Below, piece by piece: positions 25,398 to 39,800 of a DNA stretch of 63,080 nt. Source of the stretch: Perkinsus olseni (taxonomy: Eukaryota). The first letter of the stretch is position 1, and every line of letters starts with the position of its first letter. Location: NCBI GenBank assembly GCA_013115125.1, contig JABANN010000139.1, forward strand, positions 1 through 63,080, given 5' to 3'. The position numbers and the translations under genes were made by a program. The notes beneath the pieces were generated by a model. That model did no database searches. It was not told the origin of the DNA and worked only from the letters and a program-made list of their open reading frames with translations.

Positions 25398-26530
25398 CTA
25401 CTCACCGTTTTATGACGAAGTTATTTTTCTCCATCATGATGATGTAAATGCATGTGTCGCTCAGTCGTGCGGATTGAGTTGAGAACTCAAATGGGCTGGG
25501 CCAGCGAAAAACGAGGCTCCGAAGGGATAATTGCCGCCAATCTTCAACACTGACGGGCAGGACCAAGGAGAGATGAATCGTGATGTGCCTGAACTCACGA
25601 TTCCTCTGTTGGGAGCATTTTGCGATATGGAACTGTCATCAATAGACGGAGCGATGCTTTGAAGTGAGAAACGGTTCTACTGAGTGGTCCTTGCTCAAGC
25701 AGAAGGATTACGGGGAGACCAAGTAGGCGAAATGATCGGGTCGAGACATAGCGATAGATGGTGTTAACCTACACCGAGCGGAGGTGATTTTTTTTACGGG
25801 ATTGCACTTAATCCCCGGGTTACGGTTACCTACGTCGACTCAATGAGAGTGGCTACATGCACATGATATTCCGCACTATACGAAAGATCTTCGTCGAAAG
25901 GTCGTGAGCCACTGTGAGCGCCAATTTATAGCTGGGCATTCGTCATTGCTTCTACCCAGAAATTCTTTTCTTTTCTATGCCGACTCGTCGATCGCTGAAG
26001 CGTTCAGTCGCGAACGCCACAACAGCGGCAGCTCAACTTGGATTATCGTCAAGTACAGGCATTGGAGATATCTTTTCACAGTTCGCTGGAGGATCTGCTG
26101 GGTAATAGTGGCGGATGGGTGAAGAATGGTCTGGCGGAACGGCGGCGTAGATTAGGGAGAGCAATTCAAGCTTCCTCGGGAGGCAGAATGCGTTCAACAA
26201 TTCAGATCATATCGACTGAATATTTGTATACAAACGTTCTGGATATTGTTACACTATATAAGATAATTATTGCAATAATAATTATTGCACTGTTACATAT
26301 TCACGTTCTATGCACAACGCCACGCACGATTAACGACCAGCCTGCCATTGATTCGTCATCGCCGCCGCAATGACAAGCTTCGCGGCAACTTTTGACACGG
26401 TTCCGGTAGCCTCATTCTTGGTAGCGGGATTTCTCTGTCTAATATGGTGGATTATCATACGCATTCTTCATTTCCCCGGTGCTTGCCTCAACAATTCTTG
26501 TACCACTTGAAGTGCTCGAGTCCTTTCACA

Positions 26531-26592
26531 CGTACGGTACGGTACGGTACGGTACGGTACGTGACGTGACGTGACGTGACGTGACGTGACGT
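26531..26592. repeat. Compound microsatellite (GGTAC)5(GTGAC)6
   Basis: Read directly from the sequence. Confidence 0.95.
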
Positions 26593-27424
26593 GTCAGAAG
26601 CTATGGTCTTACCGTCCAACGATTCGAAAAAGAAGAATTCCGTTTGACGAAAAGCTTCGCCAAGATCTCGCGAGGCTTCCGTTCTAACGGGAGAGGGTGA
26701 CCTTGGGGACGGAAGCGAACGTACTGGCCCACGTCTCTGTATACGGCTGTGGTAGAGCCGATACTGTATTCTTCACGAGAAACACGAAGCTCGAAGTATA
26801 CGTCTTGAACGTTAACGCTGGTGACGAGAAGGCTCCGATCCGCTCACGGTCAGAATCTGCTTGGTGGTACCCAGCGCTCAGTGCACAATGTGGTAGAATC
26901 GCTTTGCGATAGATTCGTCTTGATCAGTTGCGGGATTTCTGCACGAGGCTTTGTGGCCCTTGCTCGTGTTAGGAGTGACTCCGATCAGTATTTTCCCTGC
27001 GGAAGCATCCAGATCGGGGATACTGTGTGCCTGGCGGAAGTCCTGCTAGTCATCGTACTTGCCACTGCATTGTCGCAATGCCATTGTAGCTCTTAAGAGG
27101 GGGTGCTGGTCTTATCCGTGATTGGCTGACTACGACTTCGATCATCGGGCAGATTATCTCGATATTATTCTATATTATGGGATATTTTCAAACTGTTACA
27201 CTAGTATTACTGTCCAGTGGAAGTCCCTTGAGGGAAAGACGGAACGAATACGCCAATTCGAAAATCGAATGCGGGAATTTTGGGAAAATGAGCGAAACAT
27301 TTCCGCTGGGAATTCACCAGAGCAATTCGCTGAATCTCCTGAAAATCTTTTTGTCAATATGCTGATGTCGTACGCGGTGAATGTGATCAGATACGGCACT
27401 TCGTCCAGTCAAAATAGTGCGGCC

Positions 27425-30400
27425 ATGGCTGCGGTTGTTTATTGTGGGCCTGATCCTAGCGTGGGCCAATTATTTCGGAAATTCGGAAAGAAAGATTCAT
27501 TGACGAGGATGAAGGCTTATGAGGAGCTGAGAAGCAGAGTGGAGGATAGTGATGGTAGAGGTTGCGAGTTCGATCCATGGGGGAGGTACTGTCATCTCGT
27601 TTGTTAGAAGCCGATTCGAACGGATTGACTAGTATTTTGGAGCCGTTCGCTGCACACTACCGACGATCAGCGCTGCTGGATCCAGGTAGTATTTTGGGTT
27701 AGAGCGTCAAGTGAGTGAGTAGTCTCAAAATCTTCGCCCCATCACCGTTGAGATCCCGACATGAAGCAGCTTGTAATATTGTAGTAGGTAATGAGAACAA
27801 AAATTTTCGAGTTATCGGATATAAGTAGAAAATGCTGTGCTTGCTCCGCCCAGCTCCGTATGTTCCTCCTTTCAGACTGGCGTTGCCGAGCTGCTATGCA
27901 TAGCATAGTCGGCCTGCTGGTATCTAGGTTGAAGCGCAACGCTATGCGATATATACCGGATATACTTCCCTCGCTGTATCTTGCTGCATTGTAATAAGAG
28001 AGGTGAAAGATTCCTGGGATCGGTAACTTCAATTGATTTTGGTACCTTTGATCGATTCGTAGCGCTCACCTTGAGATCGCTATGGTAGCTTTGTCATTTC
28101 GAGCTGTAAATTTCTTGTCCATCTTATAGATCATAACTACCTGTAAGATAAGCAACGCAAGAATACTGTTATACCTGTATACCTGCGTGGTCATATATTG
28201 CTAGTAGCAATTTGCTACATGCAAAATTTGCATTGCAAATGAGGTTCACTGATTTGACTCTTTGCCCGATTCGGTCACCTATGATAGGTGACCTATCTTT
28301 CTCACTCTATAGGTACGATACTCATTATGAAGTATGCCGATCGGCGTCTGCAGCTCTGGCGATGATTTTTCCTCACCAGAATAAACGGAAAATGGCAATT
28401 TACGACAAGTTCAGGGATCCGGTTCGGAAGGAGGTGCGTGGAAGGAGAGAAATCTTATTGCACGCGGCAGTCATTTCCCTTAGATATGCTGGTTGCTGTC
28501 GTCTGAGTGTACTATGCAAGAATTGGATGAGATATTCGGTTGTAGTGGCGGCGCATCTAAGGTCGATGCTAGTGATGAGAGTGAGGGAAGATATGATCGA
28601 GCTGTTTGTGCAGCGCTCACTGCTGTGCCGAAGTAATAAGGCGAGATAGTTGGCCGTGAAATAATCAATCTGGTATGACCATCTTGGCAATGGTGCGTTT
28701 CAGATGAACAACTCATTAGGCGTATCTTCAGCATTCTTCATCTTGACTATTGTTTACCTAGCCGTATTTCGACCTCCTCGCATCTGGCCTAATAGTCAGC
28801 GCCGAGAGCATCTTTTCTTCTCAGATTCGCGATGATGCCGAACACAAATACTGCGGACCCCGCTATTGTTTCCATGGATTTCATTCACTTTGCACTACCA
28901 CCTTATCGGTCTTCGGTAATTACCACAGAATGATGGATTAAACGAATCAAGGCGAGGACGAGTTCATGCGCCTTTTCGCAGGTGCGGACTGCTGCTCTAG
29001 CACGGTGCTTGCTGCCATTATTCTCGGAGAGTATCTTGAGGTCGAAAGTTGAACACGAGGTTGACCTCGAAAAGATACTCGCATTACTGACAGCCACCCA
29101 AGGTGATCTTACAGTTGGCGCTGCAACCGCACAATTCATACAGGTGTTAGCTGAAGATAGGTAATATATCCGGAAAGCGCTCGCCTTGATGATCGATCGT
29201 GCTCCTCAGTGACTTATGCGATAAACTGGGGTCAAGCCGCAAGCTCCGGCAGACATTATGTAAAACAGTCGCGAGTGGTAGCAAGATTATCAAATCAATA
29301 CCGGCAATCATGCGGGGTATAGCCAGGAACGGCGAGGAGGTGGGGAGGGTTTCTATCAAGTGTATCGGACAGCCGGTACTTGCGAACTTACTCACCGGTA
29401 GAACTCGTCTTGCGCGGCATGTCGTTGAGTAGATGTGAAGCATAGAGTACTGGGTGGGTAGAGGTGGGCTTTTTCTCGTGTTGTAACTTTATGCGCAAAG
29501 TTGAGGCAATCGTACGAGATCGTACAGATAGTATGATAGTTGAAATGCCGCTGGAGTAGTGGAACGGCGTGAATGACAATCCGTTGTAGGCAGGTTGGTA
29601 GCATATATTTAGAGGTAACGCCGAAGAGATTAGAACTGGCCGTCACATATCCCTCGGTTGTTGTTCATGGCAGGTTGTACTAAAGTACTCCGTAGAAGAG
29701 TTGATGCCGAGTATCTTGAGAGCGCTGGGTGCACCACAGCCAGCTCCTCCGCCGAGGGCTGTTTATCAGGTAATAGTGAATCGTCAGTGACCGCGTTCGG
29801 TGATATCTCCCCATCTGTTGGGGCCCGCATGAGGTACCTGCCAATCCCTGTTGTTTATTCCGTCCCGTAATGAATCATTGCTGATAATATAATATTGGAG
29901 GACATTTGTGACTGCGAGAGTTATATAGTCAGTGAAGCTTGCTCAACCGTGATACTACAATAGATAGGGAATTTAGAAAAGCCTCAGAATTACCGAGTCT
30001 CTGATACAGGGTCATTGAACGTCTTGAAGGATATGGGTGATATTATCCGTCGGAGTAACTCGGCCACTTCTCGCCAGATATTCGCCGAGTGCCTGGGGAT
30101 CATCTCCGCGGACACTAAGTTTTCCCAATGGAAGAACGAGATTATCGACTTGTTCATGGAGTTGGCCCGTCACTTCATCAATTCGGGTAACAAATGCGCT
30201 TTTTCGGTTTTTAGTCGTTTTGATGCTCGACAACCTTGTCCCCCTGTCCACCCCCTGGGTTTCCCTGAGATTAGTTCATGACGATAGTTTCTACCAAGTG
30301 AGTAGCGACAGTAATATATGACAGTAACACAGTACTCAAATACTGCATCAGAAGTACTCAGGGGATTCTATTTACTCGCTAATGCTCAGGCATTGATGAT

Positions 30401-33220
30401 ACTCTCCCTCCGCCGAGTGCTACTGCCAAAATTCCCGAGGTGTTTGGCCAGGCCGTTTGCGCCGCCACTCAGGGGATCGCGGATGAAACTCTTGTCGTCG
30501 CTGATGAGGAGTTTCACAATTCTCCGAAGTTCCCAGCTTTGCTCGTACGCTGGCCTCGATCCGACGCTGTTGTCGGCTCCTTGTATGAGGAGAGTTTGCG
30601 GGATTGCAGTTGGGAACAGGTGAAAGCGCTCGCCCAGGTGATCGATCCGAAACGATTGGTACAAGATTTAGTGGCGATTGAAGGATTGCCTGACGTCGCC
30701 TGGGAAACAGTATACGACGGGTTGGACGGAATTCATGTTGAAGATCGCTCGGCGATTTTCTCCTGCATATCCAAGACTTTGCTGGGACGGGGCGAATTCG
30801 ATCGACTGATCGATATTCGTGAACAAACGAAGTGGCCCGAAGTTGAATCTGCATGCATTGAAGATGCGGCAATCGATGCTCTGGTTGACGCAGTTGAGGT
30901 GGAGGCTCCGTGCAGGACCGCGAATAGCAATGGGTTGGTGTCGTTCGATGTTTGGTGCGAGAAAATTGCCCCTACGGGATACGCTGAGGATCTTTTCACA
31001 ACCGAGGAGTTTTGCATGAACTGGGGAGGAGGGGATGTCGAGGCTGCCCGCCACGTTCGGGCACAGGTTCTACCCCGGGCAGTGGCGATTTGCGTCTCCG
31101 AGAATGACCAGGACCATTCTTTCTGGCTGGACGTCATCGATCGGATCGCCACCTGCGATGCGGAGGCCTGTCGCTTGGCTCGTCCAGACTGCGTCAAAAT
31201 TCTCATCGAGCGATTGTTCACGCAGAGAAGGGTATCAGACTGCTGGGCCCCTCTAGCAGTGTTGTTTGCCTTGGGCTGGACAGATTTTGCGGACTCGGAA
31301 ATGCTGCCGAAATTGCATTCTCTTCCTGCGGCTAAAGCGGGGGTTGTATTGGAGCAGCTGGGGCCTCTGGAGAATTTCGCGCGCTCGGAAATTATACGGG
31401 CGGCACTGGAGCTGTCTCAAGCGTGGAATAGCAAGTTCAATGCTGAGGTGGAGAAAGCGATTGATCAGGCAGTTTCTTACGAGGATCAAGAGAGAATCTT
31501 CTCTGTTATGGTTGAGCTGGTGCGGGAAGATACTTCTGTTGATTACAGCAGTTTAGTGAAGCTGCTGTTGCTTCGATTGAAGAATATCAGCGTTGACGGT
31601 CTGGCGGAGGATCTCCTCACGGAAGCGAGTTTGTTGAGGTTGGTATTGAAAATGAGGAAGGGGGAAGTGACCTCGGTGACTCGAGATCTGATTAGAGAAT
31701 TTTGGCAACTGAAATTATCGTCGGGAGATCGCAGCGAAGTGACGGATGCTGCGAAGGTTATCGAGGCACTGGGAGGAGTTGAAGTCGATTCAGAGGTTCT
31801 TGAAAAGTTTTCGCGTATTTTGAAGGGTGATGATGAGGCTGGAGTGGCTTGCTTGTGGAAAATTGGGGCAAAGGGCGAGCCTATTGACCGCGAGAGAGTT
31901 GGGCAAATTACGGTAGTCAATGATGGTACTGCGGACTTATTCACGGATTGTGAGGACCTGCTGGAGAAGGCGACCCTCAAAATGCCGGCGACATCTATTG
32001 TGCCGGAAGAGGTATCAAAACAATTGGGCAGCGAAGCAACACCTGAGTGGATTCTGACACTTCTAGCTTCGCCTGAGGATCACCCAAGGGCGCTGGTCGA
32101 CTGCGGTTGTGCTCGCTTGTGCGAATTGAAGCCAGGAGAGGTTGAGGTGAATCATCAGACCCGAGAGCTTCTTCAGCATGGTTCTCTTCAATTGTGGCTT
32201 TGGGCGTTGCATGTCGATCCTGCCGTCTTAGAGGAAGTTGATACTCGGAAGGTTTATGATGAAGTGATATCGCAGATGAGGAGTCACCCGATCGACGATG
32301 CTAGTGCTGTCGGGCGAGCGCTGTTGGACCTGGACTTGGTCGACCAGGAGTTGCTTGGCTGGCGAGTCCTCACTATGCTATGCATGAGAGGTTTCGAACC
32401 GTTGGATGAAGCCGCAGGACGCTGGCTGATACCGCAAGTTGGACGCGTGATATCGCCGACATTGATTGACGTTGAGACAGAGGAAAGCCAGAATGTAGAT
32501 GGTGTGGTGGCACAGTATACGGCATCAACTAGAGAGCTACTGGGCCGGAAGGAAGCCGCTGATGGCCTGAAGACCGAACTGAGGATCACTCTGCCGCAGG
32601 ATTGGCCAATGGCCAAGGCGAATGTCAAGGTAGGATTTGCCGAGTTTTTTGGAGTGGACCGCTGAAACAGTATCAGTGGTTCCAAGTCGGAAGACTGCAC
32701 CGACGGTAGCTAATTCGAGTAACTTGAAGCTTTCCCGAACGATCAGCTCTTAGAACGATTGTTTCATCGCGTTGTGATATCGTTGCGTCGTCGGCACTAT
32801 TCTTTACTCTCGTTCTTTCGCCGTTCTCGCCCTTGCTGCGTCTGCTACGATGTATGTACAGTGACTTATGGAGCTGAATAATACACCTCTTCATTTACTT
32901 CTGAGCTCGAGTCTTATCAGGTCTCTCCGATACCGGGCGTGCCGTCCTCACGCAACCAGAAGCTAGCATTGGCAGTCCTTCGTGAGATGACCAGAGCGGG
33001 CATGGCATCGGCGTTAAGAATATGGTCGGCCAATGTTGAGAGAATATTCGACGGTGTTGAGCCTTGTGTCATTTGCTATAGCATTGTGAGTATTGACAGT
33101 AACAGTCTCCCGAATAAACAGTGCAGGACCTGCAAAAATAAGTTCCATAGCGATTGTATTTATCGGTGGTTCAGAACGAGCCAGAAGACGACGTGCCCGC
33201 TCTGCCAGAGCCTGTTTTAG
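27425..33220 (+). CDS. LTN1: E3 ubiquitin ligase listerin (ribosome quality control)
   Basis: N-terminal FRKFGKKDSLTRMKAYEEL, a long helical middle (2.2-kb exon), RWD-like LRITLPQDWP, and C-terminal RING FDGVEPCVICYS...CRTCKNKFHSDCIYRWFRTSQKTTCPLCQSLF. Confidence 0.92.
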
Positions 33221-33558
33221 GCGTGGTACTCGAGTTTCTCTCCATAAGACGCGACGGTTGTGTTCAGGGCATGAGTCAGTGTGAAATGTCGCGTGGCATT
33301 ACTTCGACAAGAAGAACTCATCATGAGCTCCTCTGTGTGTGAGTTATCAAATGAGATCTGTTCACCAAGCCGAAGAATGTTGAGCTCCCGTTACTAGTCA
33401 ATGCGGTTGCACTTGAGGATGCTGAGGTTGAGTTCTCGTTGACACGTTCTCAGAACGAGAATAACACACACGAGAATTGACACGTTAAAAGAACCGACGT
33501 ATGCGGCGTGCAGTCGGCTAACGGAGGGTACATCGGTAACACTGGATTGAGCCCGAGC

Positions 33559-35635
33559 TTACGAAGGTTGATCTAGCGCTTCTTGTGGCGCGGAGAGGCG
33601 CGCTGAATTTGAATCCGTGTGGTTTAGAGGCATTTCGTAGAAGCAGTCAGTAATTTTGTCTGACTCCGGACTAAATGACTCCATGGATTCTCTTAGAAAC
33701 TCTCTTGAAAAAGCCGAACTCGGGTCTACTGGATATTCATAATTGACACACAACTACTTTTAGCAAACCAAAGCGAGAATGATCCAGAAACATGCGATTC
33801 AGCCTAGAACTCGAGCTGCGAATCCTTTCCAATGAGAAGGTTACGCTCCGACAATAACAAGATAGCCATGCCGGCCATAACCGCACCGGTATAAGGCAGC
33901 CGAAACCACAACCACCACCTGGAAGGAACCGTGCAATGTGAATGGCAGAGTCGGTCTCACCGTGGGACTATGCTGAAAACCCGTGCACAACAGTCGAAGA
34001 TGGCCACTCCGACAAAACCCATCATGAGATGTGTTAATGCCTCTCGAGGAACGTCTGAAAAACAAATGTATGCTCAACGTTTCAAGCAGGAATATCCAGT
34101 ATCGGTGAGCAGACTACAAAGCGTACAGAAGACGGGTAGTGGCAATACCGCAGTGCTCTACATAACATAAGAGCTGATTTCTGAACTCGGAGGCTCTCTC
34201 ATGGATACACTGTCACACAACACTTGCTTTACATTTTCAGTTCTAACTCCCTCGACTACTCTCCAGCTAACTATCTCTTTCACTATGAGCCCAATCTATC
34301 TATGGTGCGTTCTTCTACCACGAGATAGTGCATGGAACAGTAATGACAAGGTTCGGTTCGATCCTGGGAACTTCATGTTCTCACCAGTAGCCATCCGACT
34401 GGTCACTACTGCCAGCGCGATCGGGACCGCAGGCAGTCCAAATCGAAAAACGCCGTAGAGCATATTGTACCTGAGTGGAAATTACACCCGAGACCATAAC
34501 GTTAGTCTTACTCTGTATTCCGGAGAGGTATGGCGTACCGAGCCGCCTCGAGGCCCCAGTGAGGAGCTCCGGCGGCTACCAACAGACACGAAGTGTAGTG
34601 GACACATGCTGATAGAACGTGCCGAGCAACTGACATACTAAACGCATCCAGAATGAGATGCCGACGACTGCGTGTTGCGGATCACTCGGAAATTATCCGT
34701 CACAATAGCATCCGCGCACCAGAACGTACAACGCATCATCGAATAGCAAAGACGGTTGGGAGAGAACACACTGAGCAAGGACACCCTTACTCTCATCGTC
34801 GCTTTTGTCCTGCATCCAGTACCGTCCAGTCTTGGTTCGAGTCGTGCTCGAGTCCTCGGTCAAGGCGGGTATCATGTGGACCGCGAAGGCCTGAAGAGAA
34901 TGAAGCTGCACTTGTTCAAGCCCGCTGGACTATCGAGCGTGATTTCATCATCGCATGAAGCCTTGACATTCAACTCTCGAGCGCCAACGGTAGTGGAGCC
35001 AGCGTCAGCAACTTACGGCGCAGAGCAAAGGCGTTAGGCTCAACACACCCCACCACTTCCACGATGCCGGTATCTACAATACTATCATATGGCACGATCA
35101 CCTTCAGCTGAGAGAGCTCACTTGGATCCTATCGACGTAATCCCTCCGCTTCTGCGCCCACCTCGGCAAGTTTTCGGTCCATGCATCTTTCCAATCCGAC
35201 TCCACCAACTTCGTCTCCTCTATAAGCGATCAGCATCACCAACGCTCTGGGTAGTCACCCCTGCTTACGCCCAACAGGCTTGTCCAGGCCCAGCTTCTGC
35301 TGTTTTCGCAATTGCTTTCGAGTGAGATTGGCGAAGCCTCTAGCGTAACTAATATTAGGCACGAAGACACGCAGCTTCGAAGGTCTACACTGCGCTGGTC
35401 GGAGTAACATCGTAGATCATATAAAAATCTATCAACCAAGAGCTTGAGGAGGTCAGCTCTTACTCCTAGAGAAGCCGGACTTAGAGCGGCATGCGTATAA
35501 ATCAAACCTAAGACGACCTCCACAACTTATGTTCGCGTTCTACAGATAGCATATGATCGAACTCTCTCTCTGGAGGTCGTCGAAGTCTAACGCTGAGGAA
35601 GCCCATTCCAAAGGCCCCAACATTGTTTTTTTCAT
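33559..35635 (-). CDS. Hypothetical multi-exon protein
   Basis: Coding-like exons (LDFDDLQREFDHMLS; LLKLLVDRFLYDLRCY; ESDWKDAWTENLPRWAQKRRDY; YNMLYGVFRFGLP) with splice signals. No family recognised and boundaries are uncertain. Confidence 0.4.
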
Positions 35636-36819
35636 CGATATGCTACTTTGCAACTTGACTAATCATCTATGATGACTTTCCTAGCACAGCTGAGAGGCAC
35701 CAGTACCCCTCCCCCCAATGTGTGCATAGTGGAGGAGCAATATCGAAATAGGTCAATCGAAATCAGCTCATATAAGCAGTCGCCTCTACACCAGGAATGG
35801 CCCTTACTGCTCTCGATGACACGTGGCGATAACAACGAGACCTGGATCACTCGTAACCTGTTAGAAAATTGAGGTATGACGCAACAAGACTCAACTGTGA
35901 GAGGTCTCCGTGAAAATGTATAGAAGTCTACGCTAGTTGCAAATAATACAAATTGTAGTGAAGCGTTCAACTCTCACTCTGCAGGGCCCGAGCTCGTTCC
36001 ACCCATCTCGAGATCTCGCACGCCAGAAGTCGGATACATCACCCTACCAATATCGTTCGAAGGGGTACCTAGCGAGGAATAAGAAGAGTACTCGGAAAAG
36101 AAATTCTTCCAAGAAGAAACCAGCGGAAATTCGTGCAATTCTACCAGAATTTTCTGTTTCCGAACTTACTGATTCGGTGAACCGTTTCATGCAGAGGCGT
36201 ATCCATCATTTTAATGAGAGCGATCATACAGTTATATGGCGCGTGTGCAACAGGCGCTAATGGGGTATAGAACGATTGTCATACGACGACCTCCTTACGT
36301 TCATCTGGCATCTCAGACTTGGTCCGTTTTACACGTCTGCTGGGGAATATCCTCCACCCAGCCGAAGCCGTGCTTGAGGCGGTTCCGCGAGGTGGTCGGC
36401 CGTCGATTGAAGCGGCTGGGGAAGCCTCACGGACTGGCTCGCTTGAGCAGCACCGCCGAGCGAGAAGGGCGCCGCAACCGCAGCTGAGTAACTAACGAGA
36501 AAATAAATCAGCGCAACCATCTCGATACGAGATTAACTCCCACAATCCACCGTCGCCTCGGTCGTTGCTGCAGAAATTTTTCAATACACTTGCCGTTTGC
36601 GTACGAAGTCGAGCGTCTTCGAAGCAGGACTTTTTTTGAGATCACGCAAGAGCGAAGTGCGATTCATCAATTCCACGGCTAACCGAGCAAAGATAGTCGA
36701 TGACGCATTAATGATTACAAAAACGAGCAAAGCCGCATGCTGGTAGTTGGACGAAGAGAGTCGCGGTTTTTCTGAGAACTCTATCGTCATCAACTTCGGG
36801 AGGAGCACGCACTCCGACT

Positions 36820-39800
36820 CCAAGATTGCGATGTACGACTGCCGGCGGTGGATGGGAAGCTTTCAACGAACGGAGATTCTTAACTTACCACAATCGCTAT
36901 GACAATATATATGCTGACGTTCATGTTGGGCATCCTCGGACTCAGAGAGGCTCTGATTACGCCTGCCAAATCTTCCTGCTTGAGAACGGGGCTCTCGCAA
37001 TGAGGGCAGGTCGAGACACGAGGTTGACTCCGAGCGGGAATGGAAAAGGACTTCAGCACCCTCCCGGACTCAGAGTCGACGAATTCAGTGACAAGATTCG
37101 AACCTGCGAAGGAGTTAACGGGAGCCTGGGCGCCCGAAGCGGCCTACTCGTTGCAAGGTGCCGAGTGAAACCGTGCACGTTCCCTTGTGACCAGACGAGC
37201 TGCTTCTCGTCGGGCTTGTAGTTCGTCTCGCGCTTCTTAGAAGCAGCACCAGACACGACAAAAGACAGCGAGTCCTCTTGCAACCACTGCAAGTCGTGGT
37301 CGTGTCCCGAAACGTACAGGTCCACCGAGTACCTGAGACACGGCGCGACTCGAGTTAGCAGTGCGATGATTTTTTTTACCGTTTGAGCAACGGAAGAACG
37401 TCTCTGATCATATAGTCGTTGTCGCCGTGCCAACCGACGCTGTACACTGGATGGTGACCGAAGACAACGATGAACCTGCACTGACGCTGCCACGGTCCAC
37501 GCTGGACTCAGTAAACCTTACGTCGCTTGCTGACACTCTGATGAAGCAAGGCGAGCGCGGAGGAATCGAAGCTGGCCTTCTTGGTAGAGATCTTGTGTAT
37601 CAATGAAAACAGCACAAATCGAGACAAGTAGACCGCTGTGGAAGATGGGAGGGCTAAAGTATCGTCCCGGCATTTGCCACCGCCCGCTCGGGTTGATTCG
37701 GGTGCGAATCTGGAAAGCCGCCATGCCAGTCGGCACCGTATCGAGCATCCTACAACTTGCGCGAGGGCGTCTTGTCGATAATCGTGGTTGCCGAGGACTG
37801 CGTACCAAGGAAGGGCGTAGCCGAAATCCATATGAGACTCGAACCTGCCCGAGATACATCTCAGATGACAAAACCCCAGCCAGCAGAGAAACGACTATGT
37901 ACGTGCATCGAGGCAAAACACCCGGATCCGCATAGTAATTATAGGCTGGAAAATGCGACCATAATACAGTTTTATGATATTTAGTTCATCCTAGGATACT
38001 ATGTTTTCCGCCATGAGTATGGGCGCCGCTAGAAGAAGTGGACATTATAAATTCAATTTTCTGTTCCTGTTCAGCCCACCCTTTTGAAATTCCCAGCACC
38101 CAAAATCGTGTTGCGGAGCTTCCACAGCCATTGAGCTACTTACGTATCTTCAAATTGGGAGTCGTCCCAATTAGACACGCCGTTCTCATAGAAGTTGTCT
38201 CCTATCAATGCGATAAACTGCATCGCTGCTGACCATGGCCGAGCCGCTAATGTCGATTTCAACTGAACCAATACTGGAGCGAAGTAAATGACACGATACT
38301 CAGATTACCGTTTTCGCAGTCGCAGAGAGACCACCAGTGGCATCTCCCCAGTCACCGAGCGAGACAAACCCCAACGATTGTTTCTGCATTACCACCGCTC
38401 GCCTGTCCCGTCGCGGGGTTAACGTCTAGAAAGAATAAAATTATGGTCGGCGAGGTCGGCCGAAACACCTACCAGCGTGTGCAGGGTCGTGCCGTCATCA
38501 CCGTTGACGAAGCGCGTGACGAAGGTGCCGTTGTCCATCGTGTGCTCAGCAAAGCCGTTCACCAAACCTTTCGCCCACTTCGAGCGTTTAGAGTCCGGAT
38601 CTGAGACATTTGAGGCGATGCACAGGAGATTAAATCACGCTATTGAACGCGATCCAAGTAACTATAACATAAAGATAAATGATGATGAAAGGAACACCCA
38701 TCACCCTTTATACAGAGACAACGAGAAGTAGACCACTGAGCCCACACGTACTCTTGCCGACCGGCTCTTGTCGACTTCCCGCACCGCAAATGATCTGCAC
38801 GACCGAGTTGCCGCTCTCTGGCGCGCCGCCGTTGCTGGTGAGAACCTGACAAAAGTGTAGTTGTTCATCTCCTTACAACATAATAGACGATACGCCACCT
38901 AGAAAAGGAGATACGTCTTCGACGAAGAAATCGGCAAACGCTTTTATCGTCAACATTCGTAAGGTTAAAGCGCAAGCTAGGAACCATTGCTCAAGGACCC
39001 ACTCAACGGTGGAGTAAGATCCCTCTTAGTGTATCCTTACTTGCATGTCATGTTCATGACCAGAAAGATACGCATCCACCTTCGCCTTCTCCAATATTGG
39101 CAGTATATCATCTGACACCGAGCGTGATTACCCAAGCGCTTGCACTCAGACGAGCAGACTCACCAATAACAGTCTGATTTTTCCCGTGATTGCCGATACT
39201 AAAGGCTGGCACGTGGGAGACAGCGACAAGCCATGTGGCGTTCTGAGCTTCATTCGACAGTAGCGTCCTGAGATGGAAGATTCGGATCTCAAAAAGCACG
39301 TCTTCCACGGTGTACAATGCAAAACAAAGAAGGCAACTTCTTTCTCTTTCGTTCATTCGTTAAAAACTAAAGGAGAAGAAAAGCTCTTTCGGGAGGGCAT
39401 AATATCGACAACTCCGCCACGGGTGGCTAAAAATATCGGCTTTCCCCCAGAGAAAAATTCTAAAAACGAGCGGGTGCAACGATGGAACGTCACCGCACAC
39501 GCCTTAGTGCTAATGATCTTTCTCTAAGTAAGTTCATAGCCACTGAAAGCCTCCGTACAACCATTAATGAGACGTATGGGTTGACTCGGTTGACTAGTTT
39601 TCAAAGTGATGCAGTTACAGTACTCCTATTGAGCAAAAGTAGCAAGCCAACCGCGACGCTCGATCACGTCTTACTTCCGTAACCAATTCAACTGCTTCTC
39701 GTCGGCAGTAAATCGCCACGAGTCGAAGAACACGAAAAAAGCGTAGTTGTTTTCGGCTGCACCTCCGTCGAAGTCCACTCGAACACTGTACCAATAGGCC

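Noticed and set aside
26600..27100. Degenerate reverse-transcriptase-like peptide on the minus strand (DFRQAHSI...)
   Set aside because: Stops present, no YxDD motif, and similarity too weak to support by eye.
29459..29469. TAGAGGTGGGC identical to the MITE terminus, inside LTN1
   Set aside because: No subterminal repeats or partner end, so likely chance.
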